The notes under the pieces are model-generated. The model was not told where the DNA came from. It was given only the letters and a program-made list of their open reading frames with translations, and did no database searches. Made by a program: the position numbers and the translations under genes. A stretch of DNA of 64,000 nt. It comes from an uncultured delta proteobacterium. Lineage in GTDB: Bacteria > Myxococcota_A > Polyangia > Fen-1088. Numbering within the stretch: the stretch's first letter is position 1; the number at the start of each line of letters is the position of its first letter. Shown one piece after another: positions 29,178 to 38,537 of the stretch. The stretch is taken from assembly GCA_963767925.1 (NCBI GenBank), contig CAVYGB010000002.1:32001-96000 (forward strand), written 5' to 3'.

Positions 29178-30125
29178 ATGGCCCGAAAGAGAATTCTCGT
29201 GACCGGCGGCGCCGGGTTCCTGGGGTCGCACCTGTGTGACCGGTTGATCGCCGACGGGCAGGAGGTGATCTGCCTCGACAGCTTCTTCACCGGGGCGCGG
29301 GCCAACATCGAGCACCTGCTGGGGCACCCCCACTTCGAGCTGGTTCGCCACGATGTGCAGGAGCGGCTGACCATGGAGGTCGACCAGATCTACCACCTGG
29401 CCTGCCCGGCCTCGCCGGTGCACTACCGGCGCAACCCCGTGCGCACCATCCGCACGGCGGTCGAGGGGACGCTCAACGTGCTCGATGTCGCGCGCGAGGC
29501 CCGGGCCCGCATGTTGATCGCCTCCACCTCGGAGGTGTACGGCGACCCGCAGGAGCACCCCCAGCGCGAGAGCTACTGGGGCAACGTCGACCCGGTGGGG
29601 CCCCGCTCCTGCTACGACGAGGGCAAGCGCTGCGCCGAGGCGCTGGCCACCGCTTACGCCAGCCAGTTCGGCACCGACGTGTGCATCGCCCGCATCTTCA
29701 ACACCTACGGGCCGCGCGTGCACGAAGACGACGGGCGGGTTGTGTCGAGCTTCGTGGTGCAGGCCTTGAAGGGTCAGTCCATCACCATCTTCGGCGACGG
29801 CCAGCAGACCCGTTCGTTCTGCTACGTCTCCGACCTGATCGAGGCGCTGGTCCGCCTGATGGGCAGCGCCCGGGGGGCCGAGCCGCTCAACCTCGGCAAC
29901 CCGCGCGAGACCTCGATCCTCGAGCTGGCGAGCCTGGTCCTCCGCCTGACCGGGTCCAGCTCGACGCTGGTCCACCAGGCGCTGCCCCAGAGCGACCCGA
30001 CCCGGCGCCGCCCCGACATCACGCGCGCGCAGGAGGTCCTCGATGGCTGGAGTCCCCGCGTGAGGCTGGAAGAGGGACTACAAGCCACGGTGTCCGATTT
30101 TCGCGAGCGGCTCGGGCTCGCCTGA
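29178..30125 (+). CDS. UDP-glucuronic acid decarboxylase family (extended SDR)
   Basis: [39 protein letters not shown]. Confidence 0.93.
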   Translation: MARKRILVTGGAGFLGSHLCDRLIADGQEVICLDSFFTGARANIEHLLGHPHFELVRHDVQERLTMEVDQIYHLACPASPVHYRRNPVRTIRTAVEGTLNVLDVAREARARMLIASTSEVYGDPQEHPQRESYWGNVDPVGPRSCYDEGKRCAEALATAYASQFGTDVCIARIFNTYGPRVHEDDGRVVSSFVVQALKGQSITIFGDGQQTRSFCYVSDLIEALVRLMGSARGAEPLNLGNPRETSILELASLVLRLTGSSSTLVHQALPQSDPTRRRPDITRAQEVLDGWSPRVRLEEGLQATVSDFRERLGLA

Positions 30126-30303
30126 CCGGGAGGCAGAGATGAGCTGGACACGCGCACGGGCCCGAGATGGCGAAGGTGACGGCGCGGGAAAGCGAGAGGG
30201 CGCGGGGCACGTGTCTGCGCGCCTGGCGCCGGCGGCGGGAGCTGGCCCGGTGCGATCGACGGGCCTCGCCTCCGCGCGGCTGCCCGCCGTGCGCGCTGGC
30301 TGG

Positions 30304-31782
30304 ATGCGAACCGTGGGCCTCGCGGCCGCGCTGCTGTCGGCCTGCGGGGGCGCGTCGTCGGGGGCTTCCGGGCCGCTCGAGCCGCCGGGCCCCGCTGGCG
30401 ACCCACCCCCCGCGACGCCCGGGTCGCCCGCCCCCCCCGGATCGGCAAGTCCACCTGGCTCATCCCTGCCGCCCGGCTCCCCCACACCGCCCGGCTCCCC
30501 CACACCGCCCGGCTCCCCCACACCGCCCGGCTCCACCGCGCCACCGGTGACCGGCGCTCCCGGCCCCACGGACGCGGGCGCCCGACCACCCGACGGGGGC
30601 GCAGCGGACGCGCCCTCGCGCCCGACCGCGCCGGGGACGCCCCTGCCGGGGCCGAGCGACGAGCTCTACGACCCGGAGCGGTTGCCCCGGTTCGACATCG
30701 AGCTGCCGGCGGCGTCGGTGGCGGCGCTGGGGCAGGACCCGCGGGCCTACGTGCGCGGCACCTTTCGTTACGGGGACGAGGTGGTGGCCGACGTGGGGGT
30801 GCGGCTCAAGGGGGAGGCGACGTTGCGGCCGCTGTCGCGCAAGGCGCCGTTCAAGATCAAGTTCGACGCCTTCGTGCCCGACCAGAGCTTCCGGGGGCTG
30901 CGCCGGCTGACCCTGAACAACGTGCTCGAGGACGCCTCCTTCCTCGCCGAGCGGCTCTCGTTCCACGTATTCCGGGCGGCGGGGTTGCCCGCGCCCCGGG
31001 CCAACAGCGCCCTGGTCTCGGTCAACGGGCAGCTCTACGGCGTCTACGCCAACGTCGAGACCGAGGACAAGACCTTCCTGCGGCGCTGGTTCGCCAGCGA
31101 CGCGGGCAACCTCTACGAGGAGGGGCAGGTCGACTTTCTCCCCGGCAACGAGGGCCGCTTCGAGCTCGAGACCAACGAGCAGCGCAACGACCGCACCGAC
31201 CTGCGCGGGATGATCACGGCGCTGCAGGGCGCCCGGGACGCCACCCTGCTGGCCGATCTCGGCGGGGCCCTCGACACCGCCCACTTCCTGCGCTTCACCG
31301 CCGCCGAGGCGGTGGTCAACCAGTGGGACATGTACGGGTACACCCGGTTTTACCCGAACAACTTTCGCATCTACCACGACCCCGCCGCGGGCAAGTTCGT
31401 GTTCCTGCCCTGGGGCATGGACATGTCGCTGAAGGACTTCCGCGGGCGCGGCGATCACATCGGCGTGTTCACGCCGGCCCGCCAGTTCAACAACCCGGCC
31501 GGCCCGGTCACCGGTGGGGTGATCTTCCTGCGCTGCCTGCGCAGCCCCACCTGCAAGGCGGCCTACACCGCCCAGCTCGAAGAGGTCCTGCGGCTGTTCG
31601 AGTCGCTCGGCCTGCCCGAGCTGGCGGCGCGCTGGTACGCGCAGGTCAGGCCCCACGTCTACGCCGACCCCCGCAAGGAGGTCACCAACGCCGGGTTCGA
31701 GCGGGGCTACGCCACCGTCCTGCGCATCCTCCGCGAGCGCCCCGCCGCCATCCGCGCCGACCTCGCCCGCCCCCTGCCCTGA
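30304..31782 (+). CDS. CotH kinase family lipoprotein
   Basis: VGVRLKG, FKIKFD, LTLNN, NNFRIY, FLPWGMD; LSAC lipobox; PPGSPT repeats. Confidence 0.85.
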   Translation: MRTVGLAAALLSACGGASSGASGPLEPPGPAGDPPPATPGSPAPPGSASPPGSSLPPGSPTPPGSPTPPGSPTPPGSTAPPVTGAPGPTDAGARPPDGGAADAPSRPTAPGTPLPGPSDELYDPERLPRFDIELPAASVAALGQDPRAYVRGTFRYGDEVVADVGVRLKGEATLRPLSRKAPFKIKFDAFVPDQSFRGLRRLTLNNVLEDASFLAERLSFHVFRAAGLPAPRANSALVSVNGQLYGVYANVETEDKTFLRRWFASDAGNLYEEGQVDFLPGNEGRFELETNEQRNDRTDLRGMITALQGARDATLLADLGGALDTAHFLRFTAAEAVVNQWDMYGYTRFYPNNFRIYHDPAAGKFVFLPWGMDMSLKDFRGRGDHIGVFTPARQFNNPAGPVTGGVIFLRCLRSPTCKAAYTAQLEEVLRLFESLGLPELAARWYAQVRPHVYADPRKEVTNAGFERGYATVLRILRERPAAIRADLARPLP

Positions 31783-31922
31783 TCGGCCTGCGCCCGTCGC
31801 GAACGCGCCGACTCGGCAAACGTGTTGGGGCTGTTGCAAAGGGGGCGCAACCGTCACCCAGCCTTTGCCGGTGGGGAGAACGGGGCGGCGTTGAATGAGG
31901 AACGCTTCGGCGCGGAGGTTCC

Positions 31923-32198
31923 ATGGCCATCGTCTCCCGGGTGCTCGCCGTCGTTTTGCCGATCCTGTGCGTGGGGGCTGCCCCGGCCCGGGGGCACGGC
32001 GATCTCTCACCCACCATCGCCGAGGTCTCGGCCCACCTGCTGGCGGAGCTGCGCAAGCCGGTCGACGGACATCATCGGGCCAAGCTGCACCTCGAGCGGG
32101 GCGAGCGGTACCGGCTGCACCGGGAGTTCGAGCGGGCGGCGCGCGACTACGACGCACGTGGTGCAGGAGGGGCGCTGACCGCCGCCGTGCGCGCGTAG
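31923..32198 (+). pseudogene. Probable truncated secreted TPR protein
   Basis: Signal peptide, HGDL, one TPR-like helix pair (LHLERGERYRLHREFERAARDY), then runs into the convergent gene. Confidence 0.4.
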
Positions 32199-32713
32199 CA
32201 CAACATGTCACGCGGGTGAGGCGACAGGTTGGGCAACACGGTGTGGGCCCGGCGGATGCCCTCCCGCTGCATCCCGCACTTCTCCATCACCCGGGCGGAG
32301 GCCCGGTGCTCGACGTCGCACACGGCGAAGACCCGGCGGACGCCGGGGCGGGCGAAGGCCAGATCGAGCATGGCGGTCAACGTCTCGGTGGCGTAGCCCT
32401 GGCCCCAGGCGTCGCGGGCGAGGACGTAGCCGACGCTGTAGCAGCTCGGGGTCTCGGCGTGCAGGCCGGTCGCGCCCAGCAGCAGCCCGTCTTCCCGCCG
32501 CTCGATCAGGTACGGCAAATCGGTGCCGTCGCGCCAGCCCTGCTCGGCGAAGCGGAGAAAAGCCAGGGTGTCCTCGACCCCCCGGTGGGTGTGCCAGCTC
32601 ATGTAGTGGGTGACCTGGGGGTCGCTGGCGTACCGGTGGAACACCGTCGCGGCGTCGGCGGTGTTGGGCCGCCGCAGGCGCAGGCGGAGGGTGAGGATCT
32701 CGGCCGGGAACAT
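32147..32713 (-). CDS. GNAT N-acetyltransferase (RimJ/RimL)
   Basis: RLRLR, GYVLARDAWGQGYATE, ASARVMEKCGM. Confidence 0.9.
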   Translation of the reverse strand: MFPAEILTLRLRLRRPNTADAATVFHRYASDPQVTHYMSWHTHRGVEDTLAFLRFAEQGWRDGTDLPYLIERREDGLLLGATGLHAETPSCYSVGYVLARDAWGQGYATETLTAMLDLAFARPGVRRVFAVCDVEHRASARVMEKCGMQREGIRRAHTVLPNLSPHPRDMLCYARTAAVSAPPAPRAS

Positions 32714-32787
32714 CGCCGGCGAGTATGGCAGCGATCGGGGCGTGCGGCCGCTTGCCGCCGGCGCCGAACGAACGTAGCTTTTCACTC

Positions 32788-33243
32788 ATGGAAACCGGGC
32801 AGCTTCATCGAGGGCGCCTCATCGACCACCTGCACCTGGTGGTCAAGAACCTGCCAGCAAGCCGGAAGTTCTACGGGGCCGTGCTCGAGGTGGTCGGGAT
32901 CCCGATCGGCGGCGAGAGCGCGGCGGAGGGCTTCTTCTGGGCCGACGAGCTGTTCGTCTCGACCCCCGACGCCAAGGCTCCCAGCGGCCACGCCCTGTCG
33001 GCCAGCGGCCGGCCCACCGGCTGGGTCCACCTGGCCTTCCAGGCCAAGGACCGGGCCATGGTCGACCGCTTCCACGCCGCCGCCATCGCCGCCGGGGGCA
33101 AGGACAACGGCGCACCCGGGATCCGCCCCTACCACCCGGGGTACTACGCGGCCTTCGTGCTCGACCCCGACGGCAACAACGTCGAGGTGGTGTTCCACGG
33201 CCCCGCCAACCGCTCTGCCCCCAGCGTTTCGATCACGTTCTGA
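32788..33243 (+). CDS. VOC/glyoxalase family protein
   Basis: IDHLHL, HLAF, YHPGYYAAFVLDPDGNNVE. Confidence 0.92.
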   Translation: METGQLHRGRLIDHLHLVVKNLPASRKFYGAVLEVVGIPIGGESAAEGFFWADELFVSTPDAKAPSGHALSASGRPTGWVHLAFQAKDRAMVDRFHAAAIAAGGKDNGAPGIRPYHPGYYAAFVLDPDGNNVEVVFHGPANRSAPSVSITF

Positions 33244-33289
33244 GGGGGCGCGCTGGCGGACACCGCGCCGGCGGGGAGGCCCTCGGTGA

Positions 33290-34345
33290 TCAGCCGGTCC
33301 GGGACACGGGGGCAGATCCGGCGAACCGCTCGGCCAGGAAGGCGACCGCGGCCTCCTCGGCGGCATAACGCGGGCGCCAGGGGGGACCCGCGACGAAGCC
33401 GACGTGGCCGCCGCCGCGGGTCAGCCAGAGGGTCAAGGCCGGGTTGGCGGCGATGATCTCGTGGGGGACGCTCGCCGCCGGCACGATGGGATCGTCGTCG
33501 GCGGAGATCAGCAGGGTCGGGCAGCGGATGGCCGGCAGGAAGGGGCCGCAGGAGGCGCGGTCCCAGTAGTCCTGCGCGCTGGCGAAGCCGAACAGGGGGA
33601 CGGTCACGTTGGTGTCGAAGCTGGCGAAGTCGCGGCAGCGGCGGATGCCGCGGGCGTCGAGCCGGTCGGGCAGCTCGCGGGCCAGGGCCAGGGCCTTGCG
33701 GCGCAAGCTGAGCATGAAGAAGCGACGGTAGTTCGCGCTCCAGAACCCGGGGCCGTCGACAAGGGCGGCGCTGGCCGCCAGATCGTAGGGGGCCGACACG
33801 GCGACGGCGGCCTCGAGCGGGGTGCGGGCCCCGCCCTCGCCGAGCCACTTGAGCAACATGTTGCCGCCGAGCGAATAGCCGACGGCGGCCAGAGGCACCG
33901 CGCCCCAGCGCGCGCGCAGGCGGTCGACCACCAGGGCCAGGTCGGCGGTGAGGCCGGCGTGGTAAGCGGTGCGCGAGCGCAGCTCCTTGCGGGCCAGGCG
34001 GCCACACGAGCGCAGATCGAAGGAGGCGCCGTTCCACCCCAGCCGCTCGAGGCGGAGGAGCAAACCGCGCACGTAGGGCGACTCGACCGAGCCCTCCATG
34101 CCGTGCACCACCACCACGCCCGGCCGCCCCGGCCAGTGGGGCAGCAGGTAGGCAGCCAGCCGTTCCCCGTCGGGCAGCGGCCAGATCTCGGTGGTGAGGG
34201 TCGGCCGGGGGGAGCGCCGGAAGAGAAACGGGAAGATGGTCTGCGCGTGCCCGCTGGCCAGCCAGCGCGCCGGCACGAACCCGCCCGCCGCCCCGGCCTC
34301 CGGCGCACCGCCACCAGCGGGCCTGGCCGTCTGCACCTCGCGCAT
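33290..34345 (-). CDS. YheT-family alpha/beta hydrolase
   Basis: GHAQT, HGMEGS, GYSLGGN, DDPIV, GGHVGF. Confidence 0.9.
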   Translation of the reverse strand: MREVQTARPAGGGAPEAGAAGGFVPARWLASGHAQTIFPFLFRRSPRPTLTTEIWPLPDGERLAAYLLPHWPGRPGVVVVHGMEGSVESPYVRGLLLRLERLGWNGASFDLRSCGRLARKELRSRTAYHAGLTADLALVVDRLRARWGAVPLAAVGYSLGGNMLLKWLGEGGARTPLEAAVAVSAPYDLAASAALVDGPGFWSANYRRFFMLSLRRKALALARELPDRLDARGIRRCRDFASFDTNVTVPLFGFASAQDYWDRASCGPFLPAIRCPTLLISADDDPIVPAASVPHEIIAANPALTLWLTRGGGHVGFVAGPPWRPRYAAEEAAVAFLAERFAGSAPVSRTG

Positions 34346-34410
34346 CCAGATAGGCTAGCAGCAATGGTGCTCAGCGAGGCGCCGCGAGGCCCCTTCTCCC
34401 GCAAGGATCT

Positions 34411-34544
34411 CACCTCTCCCCGCGGTCTGCCGTAGGGAGAGGTCGGCGCGTCTGCGGGCCGGGTGAGGGGCCTCCGGCGGGCAACCGCCCCTCACCCTCC
34501 CCTCTCCCCACGTCCGCAGACGGCCGCACGGAGAGGGCAAACGG
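34411..34544 (+). repeat. boxC/REP-like composite element, copy 2
   Basis: 34439-34544 nearly identical to the reverse complement of 54447-54554. Confidence 0.8.
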
Positions 34545-34587
34545 TCAACGGGACGTCGAAGCGGTGGCGAGCGGCGCCAGGTTCGGA

Positions 34588-34857
34588 TCAGCCCGGACCG
34601 GCGACCGATCCCGGCCGGCGCCGTCTCGCCAGACGCCAACCCTTCACCAGGGCCCAGGCGCTGACGGCCACCAGGAGGGCCCGCAAAGCCATCCATCCCC
34701 AGCTCTCGCTGCCGAACTTGCCAATCAGGCCCAGGTTTCGCAGAAGGCTCCACGAAAAGGACACCACGACGCTTATCGTGGCGACCGCTACCCAATCAGC
34801 CCTCGCGATTCGTCGAGGCTCTTCCATGTCCGGTCGTTTTCCCATGATTGCCTCCAC
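34588..34857 (-). CDS. Small hypothetical membrane protein
   Basis: Two hydrophobic helices; atypical codon usage. Confidence 0.4.
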   Translation of the reverse strand: MEAIMGKRPDMEEPRRIARADWVAVATISVVVSFSWSLLRNLGLIGKFGSESWGWMALRALLVAVSAWALVKGWRLARRRRPGSVAGPG

Positions 34858-34867
34858 CTCACCAGCG

Positions 34868-35272
34868 TCAGCCCCCCGACCCGGGGGTCGAGGGGAGGGG
34901 CGTGATCACGATACCAGCCTGAGGGTTTGCGGGAGGGGGTGGCGACGGCGGCGGCGGTGCGGGTGGCGGTCGCCGCAAGGCCTCCACCTCGTTCGCGATG
35001 ATGCCACCTACGGCCTCGCTGAGGACGCCCAGCGCGAACACCGCCGCAAGATGCCAGAAGGCCTGAGGCTTGTCCGGATTCGGAGGCTGTGAATGGGGCT
35101 TGGTGCTCTCGGTCGGGTCGCCTGGGAAGGGCGCAACGGGATCATCGAACCCGTCGCTGAGGGCCAGCTTGTCATCGCCGGCTGCCGATACCGGCGGCGA
35201 TGCTTCTAGCTCGCCCCAGGTGGATTCGGCGACGAGGGCGCCAGACGCGAATGCATGCACTCCGTTCAACAT
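34868..35272 (-). CDS. Hypothetical protein
   Basis: AAGGA RBS-like sequence upstream; one TM segment; lower GC. Confidence 0.35.
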   Translation of the reverse strand: MLNGVHAFASGALVAESTWGELEASPPVSAAGDDKLALSDGFDDPVAPFPGDPTESTKPHSQPPNPDKPQAFWHLAAVFALGVLSEAVGGIIANEVEALRRPPPAPPPPSPPPPANPQAGIVITPLPSTPGSGG

Positions 35273-35534
35273 GACATCTTCCTTTCAGCGTGACGTTGCG
35301 AGGCTCCCGCTGAGCTGCGCTTCAGCGTCCTCGACGATTGCCTCTCTGGCAGAGGGTCGCTCAAGCAAGGCGTATGCCGCGTCCGATCGCCATCGCCACG
35401 CCGCCGGGAGGCACCGGCCGGCCTCTTGCTGATGGTTCGACTGTCCGTCGACGGTCGCGAGCGGTTGCCTACCGGGCGGCTGCGGTCCGGCTCCGGGTTG
35501 AACCGGGCGGGGTTTCGCCCTAAGACTCCGGCCG

Positions 35535-36203
35535 ATGGTTTACCCGGAATCGCCGCCCTACAAGCGGGCCCTCGGCAGCTTGATCTTCCTGAGCCGCTGG
35601 CTGCAAGCGCCCCTCTATCTGGGGCTGATCGTGGCGCAGGGGGTGTACGTCTACCGGTTCCTGCTGGAGCTTTGGCACCTGATCGGCTTCGCCCTGCTGG
35701 GGCACCCTCCGCCCGCCTCGGTGCCGAGGGCGGTGGCGAACGCCGGTACGGCGGTGACCAGCGCCGTGACGGGTGGGGGCGCCGCGGTGGCCGACGCCGC
35801 GGCTGCCGCTGCGACGGTCGTGCCCGACGCCGAGACGGTCGTGATGCTGAGCGTGCTGGGGCTGATCGACGTGGTCATGATCGCCAACCTGCTGATCATG
35901 GTCATCGTGGGCGGCTACGAGACCTTCGTCTCGCGCCTGAACCTGAAGGGGCACCCCGATCAGCCGGAGTGGCTGTCGCACGTCAACGCCGGCATCCTCA
36001 AGGTCAAGCTGGCCACCGCCCTGATCGGCATCTCCTCCATCCATTTGCTGAAGACCTTCATCAACGCCAGCCTCCTCAGCCCCCACGTGATCCTCTGGCA
36101 GGTGATCATCCACGTGACCTTCGTGGGCTCGTCGATCGCCCTGGCGCTGATCGACCGCATGACCTTTCGCGCCATCGACCACAAGGAAGGCGAACACGCC
36201 TAG
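35535..36203 (+). CDS. YqhA/UPF0114 (TIGR00645) membrane protein
   Basis: SRWLQAPLYLGL, LIDVVMIANLLIMVIVGGYETFVS, SSIHLLKTF. Confidence 0.9.
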   Translation: MVYPESPPYKRALGSLIFLSRWLQAPLYLGLIVAQGVYVYRFLLELWHLIGFALLGHPPPASVPRAVANAGTAVTSAVTGGGAAVADAAAAAATVVPDAETVVMLSVLGLIDVVMIANLLIMVIVGGYETFVSRLNLKGHPDQPEWLSHVNAGILKVKLATALIGISSIHLLKTFINASLLSPHVILWQVIIHVTFVGSSIALALIDRMTFRAIDHKEGEHA

Positions 36204-36353
36204 GCCGGCGACAGCGAGGCGACCGAGACAGCGACAGCACCGGCGCGTGACAGGCGACAGCACCGGTGGCTAAGTCGCCGCCCAGGCGACAGCACCCGGG
36301 GGCCGCGCGTCGCTCGGCGGCGTCGCGCCGCGGTCTTCGCCGAGCTCCGGCGC

Positions 36354-36369
36354 TGGCACGGCGATGGCA
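36354..36369 (+). promoter_or_regulatory. Sigma54 -24/-12 promoter
   Basis: TGGCACGGCGATGGCA versus consensus TGGCACG-N4-TTGCW (one mismatch), about 60 bp before ATG 36427. Confidence 0.6.
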
Positions 36370-36426
36370 ATCGGGGATCCAGGCAAAGGCAACCGCCTGC
36401 AACCTGCACGCAAGGAGACCGTTCCC

Positions 36427-37080
36427 ATGACGAAAGCATCCCTGGCCGCGCTGATCGCGCTGCTGCCCGCCGCCGCCTGCTCGCAAGCGCCCGGCGCCCC
36501 CGCGACAGAGACCACGACTGCGACCACGACGACCTTCGCTCGGGCCCAGGACGACGCCTCGCCCGGGCGCTTCGCCCGCATCGACGCCATCGGAGACGGC
36601 TGCCAGGACAGCACCACCAGCGTCATCTCCCCGGATGGGCAGGCCTTCACCTCGATCTTCTCGGCCTTCGTGGCGGCCGCCGGCCCCGGGGTGGAGCCCG
36701 AGCGGGCGATGCGCGGCTGCCTGCTGCTGGCCACGGTGGAGGTCCCGCCGGGCTGGTCCTACTCCATGGAGAGCATCGACCTGCGCGGCTTCGCCGGCCT
36801 GGAGGACGACGTGACGGCGTCGCTGCGGACGGTCTACGTCGTCCCGGGCAACCCGGTGCAGTCGCCCCCCGCGCGCCGGTTCGAGGGGGAGATCTCCGAC
36901 GACTATTTCAAGTCCGAGGTGAGCCCGGGGGCCCCCTCCGGGTGGTCGCCCTGCGGCCAGGGGGAGGACCTGTGGATGGTGGTCCAGACCGAGGTGGACA
37001 ACGACGGCGACGACGACGCCGGCGGTCAGCTCACCGTCGATTCGGTCGACGGCGAGCTGCAGTGGCGCCGCTGTAATTGA
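36427..37080 (+). CDS. DUF4360-like secreted lipoprotein
   Basis: AAAC lipobox; GDGC..ISPDGQAFTSIFS..C..VPPGWSY..WSPCG..LQWRRC; AAGGAG RBS. Confidence 0.75.
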   Translation: MTKASLAALIALLPAAACSQAPGAPATETTTATTTTFARAQDDASPGRFARIDAIGDGCQDSTTSVISPDGQAFTSIFSAFVAAAGPGVEPERAMRGCLLLATVEVPPGWSYSMESIDLRGFAGLEDDVTASLRTVYVVPGNPVQSPPARRFEGEISDDYFKSEVSPGAPSGWSPCGQGEDLWMVVQTEVDNDGDDDAGGQLTVDSVDGELQWRRCN

Positions 37081-37148
37081 GGCAGTGCGGGGCGGCCGGG
37101 CGATCGGCCGCCCGGGGGGCGCGGCCCGTGCTAGATGAACGGGCTGCC

Positions 37149-38369
37149 ATGGACGACAAGAAAGACGGCGGCGGCGAGGACTTCGCCGCCCTCCTCGAGG
37201 AGTTCGACAAGAAGGCCCCCGCCCGCGCGCGGCAGCGGGGGCCCGAGGTGGGGGAGCTGGTGCGGGGGCGGATCATCTCGGTCGGGCGGGAGGCGGTCTT
37301 CGTCGCCATCGGCGACGGCAACCTGGAAGGGGTGCTCGACCTGGCCGAGCTGCTCGACGAAAAGGGCGACGTCTCGGTCAAGGAGGGGGACGTCATCGAG
37401 GCCCGGGTGGCGGAGCTGGGCGACAAGTCCGACCACGTGGTCCTGCGGCGCCTGATCCGCAAGGGGCCCGAGGCCCGGGCCGAGCTGCAGCGGGCCTACG
37501 AGCTCGGCATCCCCGTCGAGGGAACGATCACCGGCGTCAACAAGGGCGGCCTCGACGTCAACGTGGCCGGTGTGCGCGGGTTCTGCCCCATCTCCCAGCT
37601 CGAGCTGCGCTCGGTGGACGCCGAGGCGATCCCCGGCTACGTCGGGCGCAAGCTGACCTTCAAGATCACCCGCCACGAGGAGGACCGCCGGGGGGTCAAC
37701 CTGGTGGTGTCCCGGCGCGCGCTGCTCGAGGCGGAGCAGGCGGTGCGAGGGGCCGAGACGCGGGCCCGCCTCTCGGTCGGAGCGGTTGTCAGCGGGGTGG
37801 TCACGGCGGTCAAGGACTTCGGAGCCTTCGTCGACCTCGGCGGGCTCGAGGGGATGTTGCCCGCCTCGGAGCTGGGCTTCTCCCGGGGGGTGCGCCCCAG
37901 CGAGGTGCTGAACGTGGGGCAGCCGCTCCAGGTCCAGATCATGGAGATGAAGCGCACCGACGATCCCAAGCGGCCCGAGCGGATCACCCTGTCGCTCAAG
38001 GCGCTCGAGCAGGATCCCTGGGAGGAGGCGCCCACCAAGTTCGCGCCCGGCACCCGGGTTGTCGGTCGGGTCACCAACGTCGAATCGTTCGGGGCCTTCG
38101 TCGAGCTGGCGCCCGGGGTGGAGGGGCTGGTCCACATCGGCGAGCTGAGCGGAGGCAAGCAGGTCCGCCACGCCCGCGAGCTGGCGAAGGTGGGCGATCC
38201 GCTCGAGGTGACGGTGCTGACCATCGAGCGCGACCGCCGCCGCATCTCCCTGGGCATCGGCGACCGCCCCGACGCCGTCGATCCCGAGGACCTCAAGCGC
38301 GCCGCCTCCACCGGCAGGCTCGGCACGCTCGGGGACCTGCTGCGCAAGAGCCAGCAGAAGAAGGGCTAG
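37149..38369 (+). CDS. S1 RNA-binding repeat protein (ribosomal protein S1 paralog)
   Basis: About four S1 domains (NKGGLDV..GFCPISQ, FGAFVDLGG, FGAFVELAPGVEGLVHI). Confidence 0.88.
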   Translation: MDDKKDGGGEDFAALLEEFDKKAPARARQRGPEVGELVRGRIISVGREAVFVAIGDGNLEGVLDLAELLDEKGDVSVKEGDVIEARVAELGDKSDHVVLRRLIRKGPEARAELQRAYELGIPVEGTITGVNKGGLDVNVAGVRGFCPISQLELRSVDAEAIPGYVGRKLTFKITRHEEDRRGVNLVVSRRALLEAEQAVRGAETRARLSVGAVVSGVVTAVKDFGAFVDLGGLEGMLPASELGFSRGVRPSEVLNVGQPLQVQIMEMKRTDDPKRPERITLSLKALEQDPWEEAPTKFAPGTRVVGRVTNVESFGAFVELAPGVEGLVHIGELSGGKQVRHARELAKVGDPLEVTVLTIERDRRRISLGIGDRPDAVDPEDLKRAASTGRLGTLGDLLRKSQQKKG

Positions 38370-38403
38370 CGCACGCGGTACCGTGCCGTCGGCGCGGCCC
38401 GAT

Positions 38404-38493
38404 CACCTCTCCCCGCGGTTCTGCCGTCGGGTGGGGCGACCGCCCCTCACCCTTTCCCTCTCCCCGCGCGGACGCGGGGCGAGGGCAAACGGG
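38404..38493 (+). repeat. boxC/REP-like element, copy 3
   Basis: CACCTCTCCCCGCGG...CCCCTCACCCTTTCCCTCTCCCCGCG..CGCGGGGCGAGGGCAAAC, between convergent genes. Confidence 0.75.
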
Positions 38494-38537
38494 CAGGGGG
38501 GTGGAGTAGCTGAGTAGCCCCGGGTTGGGCCCCAGGC

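Noticed and set aside
30469..30535. 18-bp tandem repeats in CotH (also 47381-47430 and 23941-23975)
   Set aside because: In-frame Pro-rich linker expansions; ordinary
34533..34565. c-di-GMP-I riboswitch-like GGGCAAAC...GGGACG
   Set aside because: GGGCAAAC is the end of the REP-like repeat; the required stems and GAAA tetraloop are missing
35425..35450. GGTTCGA tRNA T-loop-like sequence
   Set aside because: No cloverleaf stems around it
37149..38369. Calling this the main rpsA
   Set aside because: Only about four S1 domains and no cmk/ihfB context; more likely a paralog
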